Assembly: GCA_034661055.1 (NCBI GenBank)
Contig: JAYEKO010000074.1
Span: 1-32,503 of the forward strand
Reading direction: 5' to 3'
Length of the DNA stretch: 32,503 nt
From: Campylobacterota bacterium
GTDB lineage: Bacteria > Campylobacterota > Campylobacteria > Campylobacterales > Sulfurimonadaceae
Shown: in pieces, positions 8,215-17,441 of the stretch
Layout of the letters: each line of letters begins with the position of its first letter
How positions within the stretch are numbered: the first letter of the stretch is position 1
Notes under the pieces: model-generated
What the model was told of the DNA's origin: nothing
Seen by the model: the letters and a program-made list of their open reading frames with translations, nothing else
The model's database searches: none
Translations under genes and position numbers: made by a program

Positions 8215-9740
8215 TGTTACTCAATATCTCCTACCTATGGCTCTTTTTAATTCTGTTTTACATGTATTATAAGCGTTGCACCAAGTCATCTAAAATAATT
8301 TACATGTATCTCTCTATGGCAATGGTTATTATTGCACTGTCACGTCCTGTATTTAATGAAGAAGTGATTAAGGTTGATACTCAAGGTAGTGATGTTATTA
8401 TCGCTTTAGATATCTCCTACTCAATGCAAGCTGAAGATATAAAGCCTAATCGTCTAACAGCAGCAAAGCAACTGTTGAAAAATCTTGTAAAAAGAGACAT
8501 TAGAGACCGTTTTGGTGTCATTGCTTACACCACCAATGCTATTATTTTATCCCCATTAACAAGCGATAGTGAACTACTCTTAAATTTGATAGAAAGAATT
8601 GATGAGAAGATGGTTATGACTAGAGGAACATCGCTTCTTCCAGCACTTAAACTTGCTCGAAAAATGTCACTGTCTAAACGTCCCAAAGTGCTTCTCTTAA
8701 CAGATGGTGGTGATGCGGAGTCATACGCTAAAGAGGCCAAATACGCTAAAGAGAGTGGACTTCAAGTCAATGTTTTAATGATGGCGACAACATTTGGCTC
8801 AACGCTTAAAAACAGTGATGGCACTCTGCTTAAAGATGATAATGGCAATATTGTTGTATCATCAGAAAATAAGGCTATTAAGCAGCTAAGTAACGCTACT
8901 AATGGTGAATTTCTTAATAACAGTGAAGTAAGCAGTGTTATCTCACTTCTTAAAAAACAGTACAGGGAAGACTTTAAGGGCAAGAGTGAGATTGTAAAAT
9001 ATAGTGAACTTTTCTATCTATTTATTATCTTTTCTATTGTTTTTTTTATGTTGGCCTATACAACACTACGAGAAAAACTACATAAAAAAGTTGTACTACT
9101 TCTAATGTTTGTTGGAGTAGTCTCTCAAGCAGGTGTTTTGGACTTTTACTATCTTAGACAAGCAGCAGACTCTTATGAAAATGGAGCTTATGGGCACGCC
9201 TCTCAATACTTTTTAAAAGTACAAAATAGTAATGCACAGTTTAATGCAGGGGTAGCAAGCTATAAAGAGGGTAAATATGAGAAGGCATTGGTTAGTTTTG
9301 AAGCTATCAGTTCAAGTAGTGAAGATTTTAAATCAAAAATATACTATAACATGGCATTATGCTATATTCGACTCAAAGAGTTTGATAAAGCAAGACATAA
9401 TCTAATAAAATCGTTGACATTAAAGTATGATGAGAGTGCCTATGAAAATTACATGTATATTAGGACTGCTACGCATCATGAGATGCTTACGGGGCAGCAA
9501 AAAGGTAAAAAACGGACAGATGATGTAGAGTCAGACTCATCAAATCGTTCAAAAAAACTAAAAGAGGGGGGAGGATCAAACATGAATGTTGCAGCAGCAG
9601 CGTCAAACAGTCAAAGTAGTTCAGGAATGAAGACAAAAACAGATGAGATGCTCTCTTTTTCTAAGGGTGCATCTAAGCTTAGCTCCTCTCAATATGAGTT
9701 AATAAACCAAAGGAGTGTTAGTGAAACAGCTCCTTGGTAG
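8211..9740 (+). CDS. BatB/C-like vWA + TPR membrane protein (copy 1)
   Basis: MIDAS DISYS, PNRL, LLTDGGD, TM pair, TPRs (FNAGVASYKEGKYEKA, YYNMALCY), Ser/Gly-rich tail ending PW. Confidence 0.85.
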   Translation: MMLLNISYLWLFLILFYMYYKRCTKSSKIIYMYLSMAMVIIALSRPVFNEEVIKVDTQGSDVIIALDISYSMQAEDIKPNRLTAAKQLLKNLVKRDIRDRFGVIAYTTNAIILSPLTSDSELLLNLIERIDEKMVMTRGTSLLPALKLARKMSLSKRPKVLLLTDGGDAESYAKEAKYAKESGLQVNVLMMATTFGSTLKNSDGTLLKDDNGNIVVSSENKAIKQLSNATNGEFLNNSEVSSVISLLKKQYREDFKGKSEIVKYSELFYLFIIFSIVFFMLAYTTLREKLHKKVVLLLMFVGVVSQAGVLDFYYLRQAADSYENGAYGHASQYFLKVQNSNAQFNAGVASYKEGKYEKALVSFEAISSSSEDFKSKIYYNMALCYIRLKEFDKARHNLIKSLTLKYDESAYENYMYIRTATHHEMLTGQQKGKKRTDDVESDSSNRSKKLKEGGGSNMNVAAAASNSQSSSGMKTKTDEMLSFSKGASKLSSSQYELINQRSVSETAPW

Positions 9741-10914
9741 TCTTCTAGTTTGGCTCTTTTTTAGCCTTACTCTTCACGCGAGCTATATGTGGAATGCAAC
9801 CGCTTCTAAGAGTGAGATTTACACTAACGAAGCGGTAGAACTTCTTTTAGAGTGCCAGTTTTTAGATGATGGTTACGGTTACTCTATTGAGCTAGAGAGC
9901 ATGCAAGATCCAGATTACGAAATGCATCTGCTTTCGCAAATTGAAAATGAGACTGGGGGTAAGCGTAACGTTATCTATAGATTTATTTTATTTGCTAAAA
10001 CTCCCGGAATATTACCTCTTAATTTCACTGCACAGATGAGAAAAACGACCAGAGAATCCATTGAAAACAGCATTATTGGACGAGATAATGTTGAAGATTT
10101 AGCTTTTATTACAGAGACAATCTCTCTGCCAACACTCAATTTACATGTAAAAAAAGCCCTCTCTTTACTTGTTGGTGATTTTGATTTTAATGTTGAGGTT
10201 GATGCCACTACACTTGAGGCCTATAAACCACTCAATATTACACTCACCATTAACGGTAGTGGAAATTTTCAAAACCTTGAACCGTTTACGATAGAGTTTC
10301 AAAATGCAGAGGTCTTTGCAGAAAAACCTGTAAAAGAGTTTGTTCTGACCTCTCAAGGTTACCAAGGTCGTTACAGGCAGCAATTTGCAGTTGTGGCACA
10401 CAGCGATTTTACAATTAAGCCATTTGAGCTGAGTTTTCATAATTTAAAAAGCAGAGATGTTGAAACGTTACACTCAAAAACTTACAATATTAACATAACA
10501 CCAGCATTTTCAAAAGAGGAGCTTTTAAATGAAGTCCCTGTAGTAGATAAGGCTCATAGTTCAACAGTTTCAATTTACATGTATATTGCATTTTTTATTT
10601 TAGGTCTGTTTGTTGGTAGGTACTTTTATGTGGTTGTAAGTAGTGGTAAGGGTTCATTTTTAAGTATGGTATTGAAGCGCATAGCACTACTTTTTAGAAA
10701 GGTCGATGACTTTATTTGGCGTATTCAAAGTGATGAGAAAGATCTTAAAAAAAGTGAATTACAGCATAGTATTCGATTGTGCAAGAGTGAAAAAGATCTT
10801 CTTGTACTCTTAATTGTTGCAGATGCTTCTAAATTCTATGACGTTATTAGCGTTTTAGAGTTAAAAAAGGTGCCACTTAAAAAAGCGAAACATCAGGCTA
10901 TAGAGTTAGTTTAA
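9721..10914 (+). CDS. BatD-like exported beta-rich protein with C-terminal TM (copy 1)
   Basis: AGGAG SD before GTG 9721; signal peptide LTLHA; VGDF...LTINGSGNF motif shared with copy 2. Confidence 0.75.
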   Translation: MKQLLGSLLVWLFFSLTLHASYMWNATASKSEIYTNEAVELLLECQFLDDGYGYSIELESMQDPDYEMHLLSQIENETGGKRNVIYRFILFAKTPGILPLNFTAQMRKTTRESIENSIIGRDNVEDLAFITETISLPTLNLHVKKALSLLVGDFDFNVEVDATTLEAYKPLNITLTINGSGNFQNLEPFTIEFQNAEVFAEKPVKEFVLTSQGYQGRYRQQFAVVAHSDFTIKPFELSFHNLKSRDVETLHSKTYNINITPAFSKEELLNEVPVVDKAHSSTVSIYMYIAFFILGLFVGRYFYVVVSSGKGSFLSMVLKRIALLFRKVDDFIWRIQSDEKDLKKSELQHSIRLCKSEKDLLVLLIVADASKFYDVISVLELKKVPLKKAKHQAIELV

Positions 10915-10934
10915 TCTGCTATTCTCATATAAGA

Positions 10935-10943
10935 TGATACAAT
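10935..10943 (+). promoter_or_regulatory. Extended -10 promoter of the receptor module, likely leaderless
   Basis: TGaTACAAT ends 5 nt before ATG 10949; no SD. Confidence 0.55.
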
Positions 10944-10948
10944 AAGTC

Positions 10949-12889
10949 ATGTTACATAATAGTTGGAAAATAATTTCGATTTTACTGTTGACCTTTTCAC
11001 TGCAAGCAGAAGATATTGATGCCTTGTTGGGTGCTTATGAAAAAGCTTCTGAACTCTCTTGTAAGACTAAAGATGAGAATGCTGGGCATCTTATTGTTTA
11101 TACTAGAGATGACTTGGAGCGTATGCAGGCAAATACACTCAAAGACATTTTAAAATCTCTACGTTTTTTTCAATATCAAGAGAACCGTCTTGGGCAGCCT
11201 GATATTATGAACGTTGACCCCATTACCTACTATAGTAAAACGGTTCGTGTCTATCTAGACGAGCATGAGCTTCTTAACCCAATAGCAGGCAGCGGGCTTA
11301 TCTTATTTGGTGATATGGAGCTAGACTTTATTGACCATATTGAGATTTATCAAGGATTCCCATCTTTTGATTTTGGAGTTGAGCCTGCAACCATTGTTAT
11401 TCATCTCTATTCTAAAACAGCAGAGCATGATAGTGGTGCTAAAGTCAGATTACAGTACGGTAGTAACGGTTCTAATACCCAGAGTGCCTATTATGCACAG
11501 ACATATGATGACCTGTCAATTTTTTCCTATGTAAGTCGAAATGATAATCGCAGGGAGAGTTATGCTCATGATAGTGAGACACTAAGACGTGATATGACTA
11601 CAGAGCGTCTTTTTGTATCGATATCAAACGATAATCACCGTCTACAACTTCATGGTATGCATGCAAAAGGAGATGCATTTATGGGTTCACTCCTTGGTGC
11701 TATTGCTGAATCGACAGAGCAGAAGAGCTCTTTCGTTGATCTCTCATTGCACTCAATGTTTATGAACAAGAGTCTTATTTTAGATGCATCAGTACTCTAT
11801 AATTCAACCCCTTTTAGCTATAGATATAATGATCCGGCATATCTTATTAATACCGACCCAAATACAAGCCCGATTTTCCCATTAATTCCTATTAAATCAC
11901 TTGATCAGACTATTGAAGAAGATAGTTATACTATTGGTTTAAAGAAGATATTCCAACTTCAAGACCACCAAATAACTACGGGTCTGAAATTTCGTCATAA
12001 ACATTTTGACTTAACCGATGCAAAACTTGTTTCAACACTGCCTGTTCAGTTTCCACCAATTGAGCAGCCTTACTATAATGAAGATGTTTTTTCACTTTTT
12101 ATTCAAGATATCTATGAAGTTACAAAACAGCATGTTATCAGTGCTTCAGTGATGTACCAGCATTATGATAGAGATGAAGAGGCATTTGATGTGAACTTAA
12201 TGCAGTTTCGATTAGGATATAGCTATACTAACTCCCATTGGGTCGCTAAGACATTTTTATCACGCCAAGAATTTGCATCTGAACCATATATGACAGTTTC
12301 CCCACATTATGGTAATGCAAACTTAGGACCTGAAAATTATGTTTCATTCTCTCAAGAGATTAGCCATGAAAATAGTGGGGTAACTAATACAGCACTGTTG
12401 GCTTATGGTGTCAATAGAGATATACCAATCTTAGATTTAAATACATTTATTATGCAAAATTCTGCTAAAAAAACAGAGGGAGTGTTTGCCTCTTATGAGT
12501 GGAGCTATCTCTTTAGAGAGAATGATTCCTTGGAACTTCAAGCATTTATTAGTAATATTGAGGCAGTTTATGAAAATGCTGATGATATTCGTCATTATGG
12601 GGCTATGGCACGCATGCTTAACACTGTCAATAAATTTGATATATTCAATGAGTTTGTCTATAGAAACGGATATTCTCATTGCGATAGCAGTGTAGATTAT
12701 AGTGCTGGTATCATCTACCACTACAGTGATGACTTGCAGTTTAATTTTAAAGGTGAAAATATTTTTAACGATGGACTTGAAGGTTCGTATATTAATCGTG
12801 TTGATCCTACTACAATGGAAACAACCGATAGAGTTATTGTGCCAACTATTGAGCAGAAGTTCTGGTTTGGAATGGAGTACCTATTTTGA
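10949..12889 (+). CDS. TonB-dependent receptor-like outer-membrane barrel with plug domain
   Basis: Signal peptide SLQA; plug motifs VYTRDDLERMQANTLKDIL and IDHIEIYQG; GENIFN; C-terminal beta-signal FWFGMEYLF. Confidence 0.85.
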   Translation: MLHNSWKIISILLLTFSLQAEDIDALLGAYEKASELSCKTKDENAGHLIVYTRDDLERMQANTLKDILKSLRFFQYQENRLGQPDIMNVDPITYYSKTVRVYLDEHELLNPIAGSGLILFGDMELDFIDHIEIYQGFPSFDFGVEPATIVIHLYSKTAEHDSGAKVRLQYGSNGSNTQSAYYAQTYDDLSIFSYVSRNDNRRESYAHDSETLRRDMTTERLFVSISNDNHRLQLHGMHAKGDAFMGSLLGAIAESTEQKSSFVDLSLHSMFMNKSLILDASVLYNSTPFSYRYNDPAYLINTDPNTSPIFPLIPIKSLDQTIEEDSYTIGLKKIFQLQDHQITTGLKFRHKHFDLTDAKLVSTLPVQFPPIEQPYYNEDVFSLFIQDIYEVTKQHVISASVMYQHYDRDEEAFDVNLMQFRLGYSYTNSHWVAKTFLSRQEFASEPYMTVSPHYGNANLGPENYVSFSQEISHENSGVTNTALLAYGVNRDIPILDLNTFIMQNSAKKTEGVFASYEWSYLFRENDSLELQAFISNIEAVYENADDIRHYGAMARMLNTVNKFDIFNEFVYRNGYSHCDSSVDYSAGIIYHYSDDLQFNFKGENIFNDGLEGSYINRVDPTTMETTDRVIVPTIEQKFWFGMEYLF

Positions 12890-13293
12890 AAAAGTTGCTA
12901 ATCACTCTTATTGTTAGTGTGGTTTTGTTAGCTAACGATACACAGCTTGCCATTAAAATTTACAATTCCATAGCTCATGAATGCACCAAGAAGGTTGAAG
13001 CAAAAATATACCTACATGGTGATTTGGATATACTGTATAATAATAAATCTATAAATCGAACCTATGATTGTGCTGATGCTGATTTTGTTATTACAAGCAC
13101 TCTTTTAGGGTTACCGTCTGAGTGTAATTCAAAGATAATATTTAGCAATAAATACCGACTTTTTAAACAATCTAATCGAGTTGTAGGTGCATTTTTTTGG
13201 CAAAAAGGGCGTCCTAATATTATTTTTGACAGAGAACGGTTGCAAAAGAGCGGTATTGAGCTGTCTGATAATTTTCAAAAGTATATAGAGTAG
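12886..13293 (+). CDS. Small periplasmic protein, probable distant YfiR/HmsC (DUF4154) family
   Basis: TTG start overlaps receptor stop, GGAG SD; signal peptide; 3 Cys; C-terminal GAFFWQKGRPNIIFDRERLQKSGIELS resembles the YfiR G...F....+..F.IN...A...GL.IS tail; sits between receptor and cyclase. Confidence 0.55.
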   Translation: MKKLLITLIVSVVLLANDTQLAIKIYNSIAHECTKKVEAKIYLHGDLDILYNNKSINRTYDCADADFVITSTLLGLPSECNSKIIFSNKYRLFKQSNRVVGAFFWQKGRPNIIFDRERLQKSGIELSDNFQKYIE

Positions 13294-13295
13294 CA

Positions 13296-15194
13296 ATGTA
13301 TTTTACATCTAAATACGGTAAACTGTTCTTTTTGCTTATTGTACTGCTTCCGGTTATGACAGCTATTAGTATATACCTCTACAATAAATATACTCAGACC
13401 TCTCAAGAGATTTCAGATATTACCTACAATGATCTTATTACCAAGCAAGCTCATCTATTTAAAAACTATGTGAACAATATACATGTAAATTTAGGAGATG
13501 AGTTTTTAAACAGATTGCAAAACTCACAAGAGTTGCGTAACCATTATGAGGAATCACTCTCAATTTTACTGACTGATGAGGTCAAATACCTCTACATACT
13601 CTATGTAGACAAGAATGAAGATAAGTTACGTTATTTAATAGATACAGCCCAAGGCGATGATCGTGCTGAATATGGACAGAAATTTGATGTTCAGAGTTCA
13701 ATTTGGAAAAAGGCATTTGAGAGTAAAGAGGTTCAGATGTCTCAGCAGAACTCTCTTGATACACTCTGGATAAGTTACGCTCACCCTATTAAATCGTATG
13801 GTAAGGTACAAGCTTTTTTAGGAGCCGACTTCTCAAATGATGCCCATAAGCGTATTGTCGATGTTGCAAAACCTCTTGAAAAACTTTACTTCTACATAAC
13901 CGTTTTTATGATAATTATGTTAATTACTGCCTATGTTCAACTCATTATGTATACTATTAATCGACGAAAAAGTCATATTGATCCACTTACAAAAGTCTAT
14001 AACCGACAGTACTTTTACGATCTTTTAGAGACGCTTAATCTTGATGAGTATCAGATTATGATGATTGACTTAGATCACTTTAAGCAGGTTAATGATGTCT
14101 ATGGTCATGATGTTGGTGATATTGTTTTAGAGTCTTTAAGTAAACGATTTCTATCAGCAATACGAACCGATGATATTTTAATTCGCTATGGAGGAGAGGA
14201 GTTTTTGCTTTTACTTCACTCTAAGAGTTTAGAACAGTGTGATGAGGTGAGCAAGCGTATTCAGCATTCAGTAAAATCTCTTCCAGTTAGAGCAGGCACA
14301 CACTCCATTAATACCACAGTCTCTATTGGCGTTAACCCTTATCCTTCCTTTGCTAAAAATATTGATGAAGCTATTAAGATTGCTGATGAGCAGCTTTATA
14401 AGGCTAAAGTTGCTGGACGCGATAAAGTGGTCATACTCCAAGAGAGTAATAAACTTCAAAGTTTTAGCTCTAAGCGCATTAGTGATGTTAAAGATGCTAT
14501 TAATGAGGATCGTATGAAGTGTGCCTATCAGCCTATTTTTAATACTAAGACGCTTGATATTCAGAAGTACGAAGTCTTAATCCGTATGGTTGATAATGAT
14601 GGCAAAATAATTTTCCCTGGAGAATTTCTTCCGTCAATCTCAAACACTCAAACCTATATTAGGTTAACAAAACTTATATTAGAAACTGCATTTGATAAGA
14701 TTAGAAGTGGTGATGTGGAACTTGCAATCAATCTCTCGCTTCAAGATATCTATAATGATGATATTATGAAGACAGTCACAGAAGTCTTAAATGATAATAA
14801 ATCGTTAGCACACAGATTGACATTTGAGTTATTAGAAACTGAAGAGATTGTAAACTTTGAGTTGATTCAAGAACGTATTGATAAGATTAAAAGTCAAGGT
14901 GCAAAAATTGCAATTGATGATTTTGGAAGCGGATATGCTAATTTTAAATATTTAGTGCACTTAGGTGTTGACATATTAAAAATTGACGGTTCATTAATTC
15001 GCAATATTGACAGCAATAAAAATGTATTACATATAGTAGAGACCATCTGTAGTTTTGCTAATAAGATGAATATTAAAACCGTTGCAGAGCAGGTAGAGAC
15101 TGAAGATGAACTTAAAATACTTCAAGATATTGGTGTGAGTTATGTGCAAGGGTTTTATTTGGCAAAACCGGGTTTTGAGTTACATTTTTCATAA
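13296..15194 (+). CDS. Inner-membrane diguanylate cyclase/phosphodiesterase (TM, periplasmic sensor, TM, GGDEF, EAL)
   Basis: DPLTKVYNR, DLDHFKQVND, I-site RTDD, GGEEF; EVLIR, AINLS, DDFGSGY, KIDGS, AEQVE, QGFYLAKP. Confidence 0.95.
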   Translation: MYFTSKYGKLFFLLIVLLPVMTAISIYLYNKYTQTSQEISDITYNDLITKQAHLFKNYVNNIHVNLGDEFLNRLQNSQELRNHYEESLSILLTDEVKYLYILYVDKNEDKLRYLIDTAQGDDRAEYGQKFDVQSSIWKKAFESKEVQMSQQNSLDTLWISYAHPIKSYGKVQAFLGADFSNDAHKRIVDVAKPLEKLYFYITVFMIIMLITAYVQLIMYTINRRKSHIDPLTKVYNRQYFYDLLETLNLDEYQIMMIDLDHFKQVNDVYGHDVGDIVLESLSKRFLSAIRTDDILIRYGGEEFLLLLHSKSLEQCDEVSKRIQHSVKSLPVRAGTHSINTTVSIGVNPYPSFAKNIDEAIKIADEQLYKAKVAGRDKVVILQESNKLQSFSSKRISDVKDAINEDRMKCAYQPIFNTKTLDIQKYEVLIRMVDNDGKIIFPGEFLPSISNTQTYIRLTKLILETAFDKIRSGDVELAINLSLQDIYNDDIMKTVTEVLNDNKSLAHRLTFELLETEEIVNFELIQERIDKIKSQGAKIAIDDFGSGYANFKYLVHLGVDILKIDGSLIRNIDSNKNVLHIVETICSFANKMNIKTVAEQVETEDELKILQDIGVSYVQGFYLAKPGFELHFS

Positions 15195-15256
15195 CTATTT
15201 TCTTTTTATTTGTTCTTCATAAGCTATAATTTCTCACTATAAAAAGGTGATGAATA

Positions 15257-16204
15257 ATGTTTACTAAAATAGAAACTATCAAGTCAGAAGTTGCAAAAGT
15301 AGTTGTCGGTCAAGAGAAGATGATTGACTCTCTTTTAATCGGACTGTTTTGTGAAGGCCACATTCTTATTGAGGGAATTCCAGGTCTTGCAAAAACAACA
15401 ACAGTAAAAGCACTTTCAGAGAGTTTAGGACTAAATTTTAAGCGGGTACAGTTTACTCCCGATCTTCTCCCTTCAGATATTTTAGGCGCAGAGATTTATG
15501 ACCCACAGCGTAATGAGTTCAAGATTAAACATGGTCCTATTTTTACCAACTTACTTCTTGCCGATGAGATAAATCGTGCCCCTGCAAAAGTACAATCAGC
15601 ACTACTTGAGGTGATGCAAGAACGTCAAATTACTATTGGTGATGAGAGCTTTAAACTAGAGCCTCCATTTTTTGTAATGGCGACACAAAATCCGATTGAA
15701 CAAGAGGGTGTTTACCAACTTCCAGAAGCACAGCTAGATCGTTTTATGTTAAAGCTCACTGTTGGCTATAACAGCAAAGAAGAGGAGCTGGAAATTGCGC
15801 GTCGTATCTCTCAGGGACTTGCTGACAGCATTACAGCAGTAGTAACTATAGAGGATATTAATGCAATTAAGCAAGCCATAAAAGATGTTCATGTAGATGC
15901 TGAGGTAGAGCAGTATATTATTGAACTAGTTAGTGCGACACGTGAGCCAGCAGAGTATGGATTAGCAGAAATTGAAGATTACATACAGTTTGGAGCATCT
16001 CCTCGTGTGAGTATTGATACTTTCAAAGCAGTAAAAGCGATGGCATATCTACGTGGAAAAGATCATGTGACTCCTGTTGATATCGCTTACATCATCAAAG
16101 AGTTGATGCGTCACCGTGTTGTACTGACTTATGAAGCAGAGGCTGAGGGTATTACTACTGATGAGATTATTGAAAAAGTTCTTAAAGCTGTACCAATTCC
16201 ATAA
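15257..16204 (+). CDS. moxR: MoxR-family AAA+ ATPase
   Basis: Walker A GIPGLAKT, RVQFTPDLLPSD, Walker B LLADEINRA, ATQNPIEQEG, LPEAQLDRF; TATAAT at 15225-15230 upstream. Confidence 0.95.
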   Translation: MFTKIETIKSEVAKVVVGQEKMIDSLLIGLFCEGHILIEGIPGLAKTTTVKALSESLGLNFKRVQFTPDLLPSDILGAEIYDPQRNEFKIKHGPIFTNLLLADEINRAPAKVQSALLEVMQERQITIGDESFKLEPPFFVMATQNPIEQEGVYQLPEAQLDRFMLKLTVGYNSKEEELEIARRISQGLADSITAVVTIEDINAIKQAIKDVHVDAEVEQYIIELVSATREPAEYGLAEIEDYIQFGASPRVSIDTFKAVKAMAYLRGKDHVTPVDIAYIIKELMRHRVVLTYEAEAEGITTDEIIEKVLKAVPIP

Positions 16205-16206
16205 TC

Positions 16207-17037
16207 ATGAGTAAATTACAAAAAATCTTAGTTCGAGCACGCCGTCAGGTGTTTAGTGAAATGGTCGGAAACAACCCTTCAATTTTTCAAGGCGAAGGGT
16301 ATGACTTTGTTGAACTGCGTGAGTATATGGCTGGGGATGATATTAGGCACATTGACTGGAATATTACTGCTAAAATGCAGACTCCTTACATTAAAGTGTT
16401 TCGTGAAGAGCGTGAGCTTAATGTAGTGATGGCATCAATGCTAAATGGTAGTGTTTACTTTGGCTCTAAAAAATTTAAACAAGACCTAATTGCTGAAATT
16501 ACAGCACTGATTGGGTTTGCGACACTGCATAATGGTGACCTCTTAAGCTCTTATGTCTTTGCAGATAAGTTTTATGGCAATACCAAGCCTACTAAACAGC
16601 TCTTTAGCATTAACAGCAGCGTTGAGGCTGTTTTAAATTTCGATGCGTTAGGTAAAAAAGCTGACTACTCTTTAATGGCGGAGATGCTTTATAGGAGAGT
16701 TCGACGTAAATCACTCATTATTATTATTGCAGATTTTTTTGAGATTCCAGATTTAAGGCTATTGGCACGCAAGCATGAAGTCATCTGTATAATTGTTCGT
16801 GATAGGCTTGAAGAACATCCTCCTGAGATGGGTTTTTCATCACTAATGGACCCTGAATCCAATCAGACATTAGAGGGTGACTTTAACCGTAGTAGCATTA
16901 AAGCCTATGAGGCTAAAGTAAAAGCACATGACCATAAACTTTTTGAGACCTTTAGAAAAGATCAGATTCGTTTTACAAAACTTTACACCGATGATTTAGC
17001 AGCAGTAAAACTGCGACGACTATTTGAGGGACAATAA
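16207..17037 (+). CDS. DUF58-domain protein
   Basis: GEGYDFVELREYMAGDDIRHIDWNITAK...KVFREERE; follows moxR. Confidence 0.92.
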   Translation: MSKLQKILVRARRQVFSEMVGNNPSIFQGEGYDFVELREYMAGDDIRHIDWNITAKMQTPYIKVFREERELNVVMASMLNGSVYFGSKKFKQDLIAEITALIGFATLHNGDLLSSYVFADKFYGNTKPTKQLFSINSSVEAVLNFDALGKKADYSLMAEMLYRRVRRKSLIIIIADFFEIPDLRLLARKHEVICIIVRDRLEEHPPEMGFSSLMDPESNQTLEGDFNRSSIKAYEAKVKAHDHKLFETFRKDQIRFTKLYTDDLAAVKLRRLFEGQ

Positions 17038-17441
17038 TGCAGAACCAATCACTAGATATTCCGTTACACGATATTAAACCTCTTGTAGAAGTAAGTGACA
17101 ACTCCCTGATTCTTTTTATTGTACTAGTTCTAGTTGGTGCAGTTCTTATTTTAGGTTTGGCCTATCTGCTCTTTATGTTTTTAAAGCGTCGAAAAAAAGA
17201 GAGTAGAAGAAAAGATGCTTTTGCTGCACTACAAGGTGTAGATTTTAAAGATGCTAAAGCTTCAGCTTACGCTATTACTGCTCACGGTTTTATCTTTGCA
17301 GACGATTCACACAGAACCAAAGCAGCCTATGAAAAGCTATTAAACCATCTTGCTCCTTATAAGTACAAAAAAGAGGTAAATGCTATTGATGAAGAGTGTA
17401 GGTCCTATTATGAGATTTATGTAGGAATGATTGATGTTTGA
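17037..17441 (+). CDS. Single-TM protein of MoxR/Bat operons (DUF4381-like)
   Basis: LHDIKP motif followed by a TM segment and basic patch; typical position after DUF58. Confidence 0.7.
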   Translation: MQNQSLDIPLHDIKPLVEVSDNSLILFIVLVLVGAVLILGLAYLLFMFLKRRKKESRRKDAFAALQGVDFKDAKASAYAITAHGFIFADDSHRTKAAYEKLLNHLAPYKYKKEVNAIDEECRSYYEIYVGMIDV

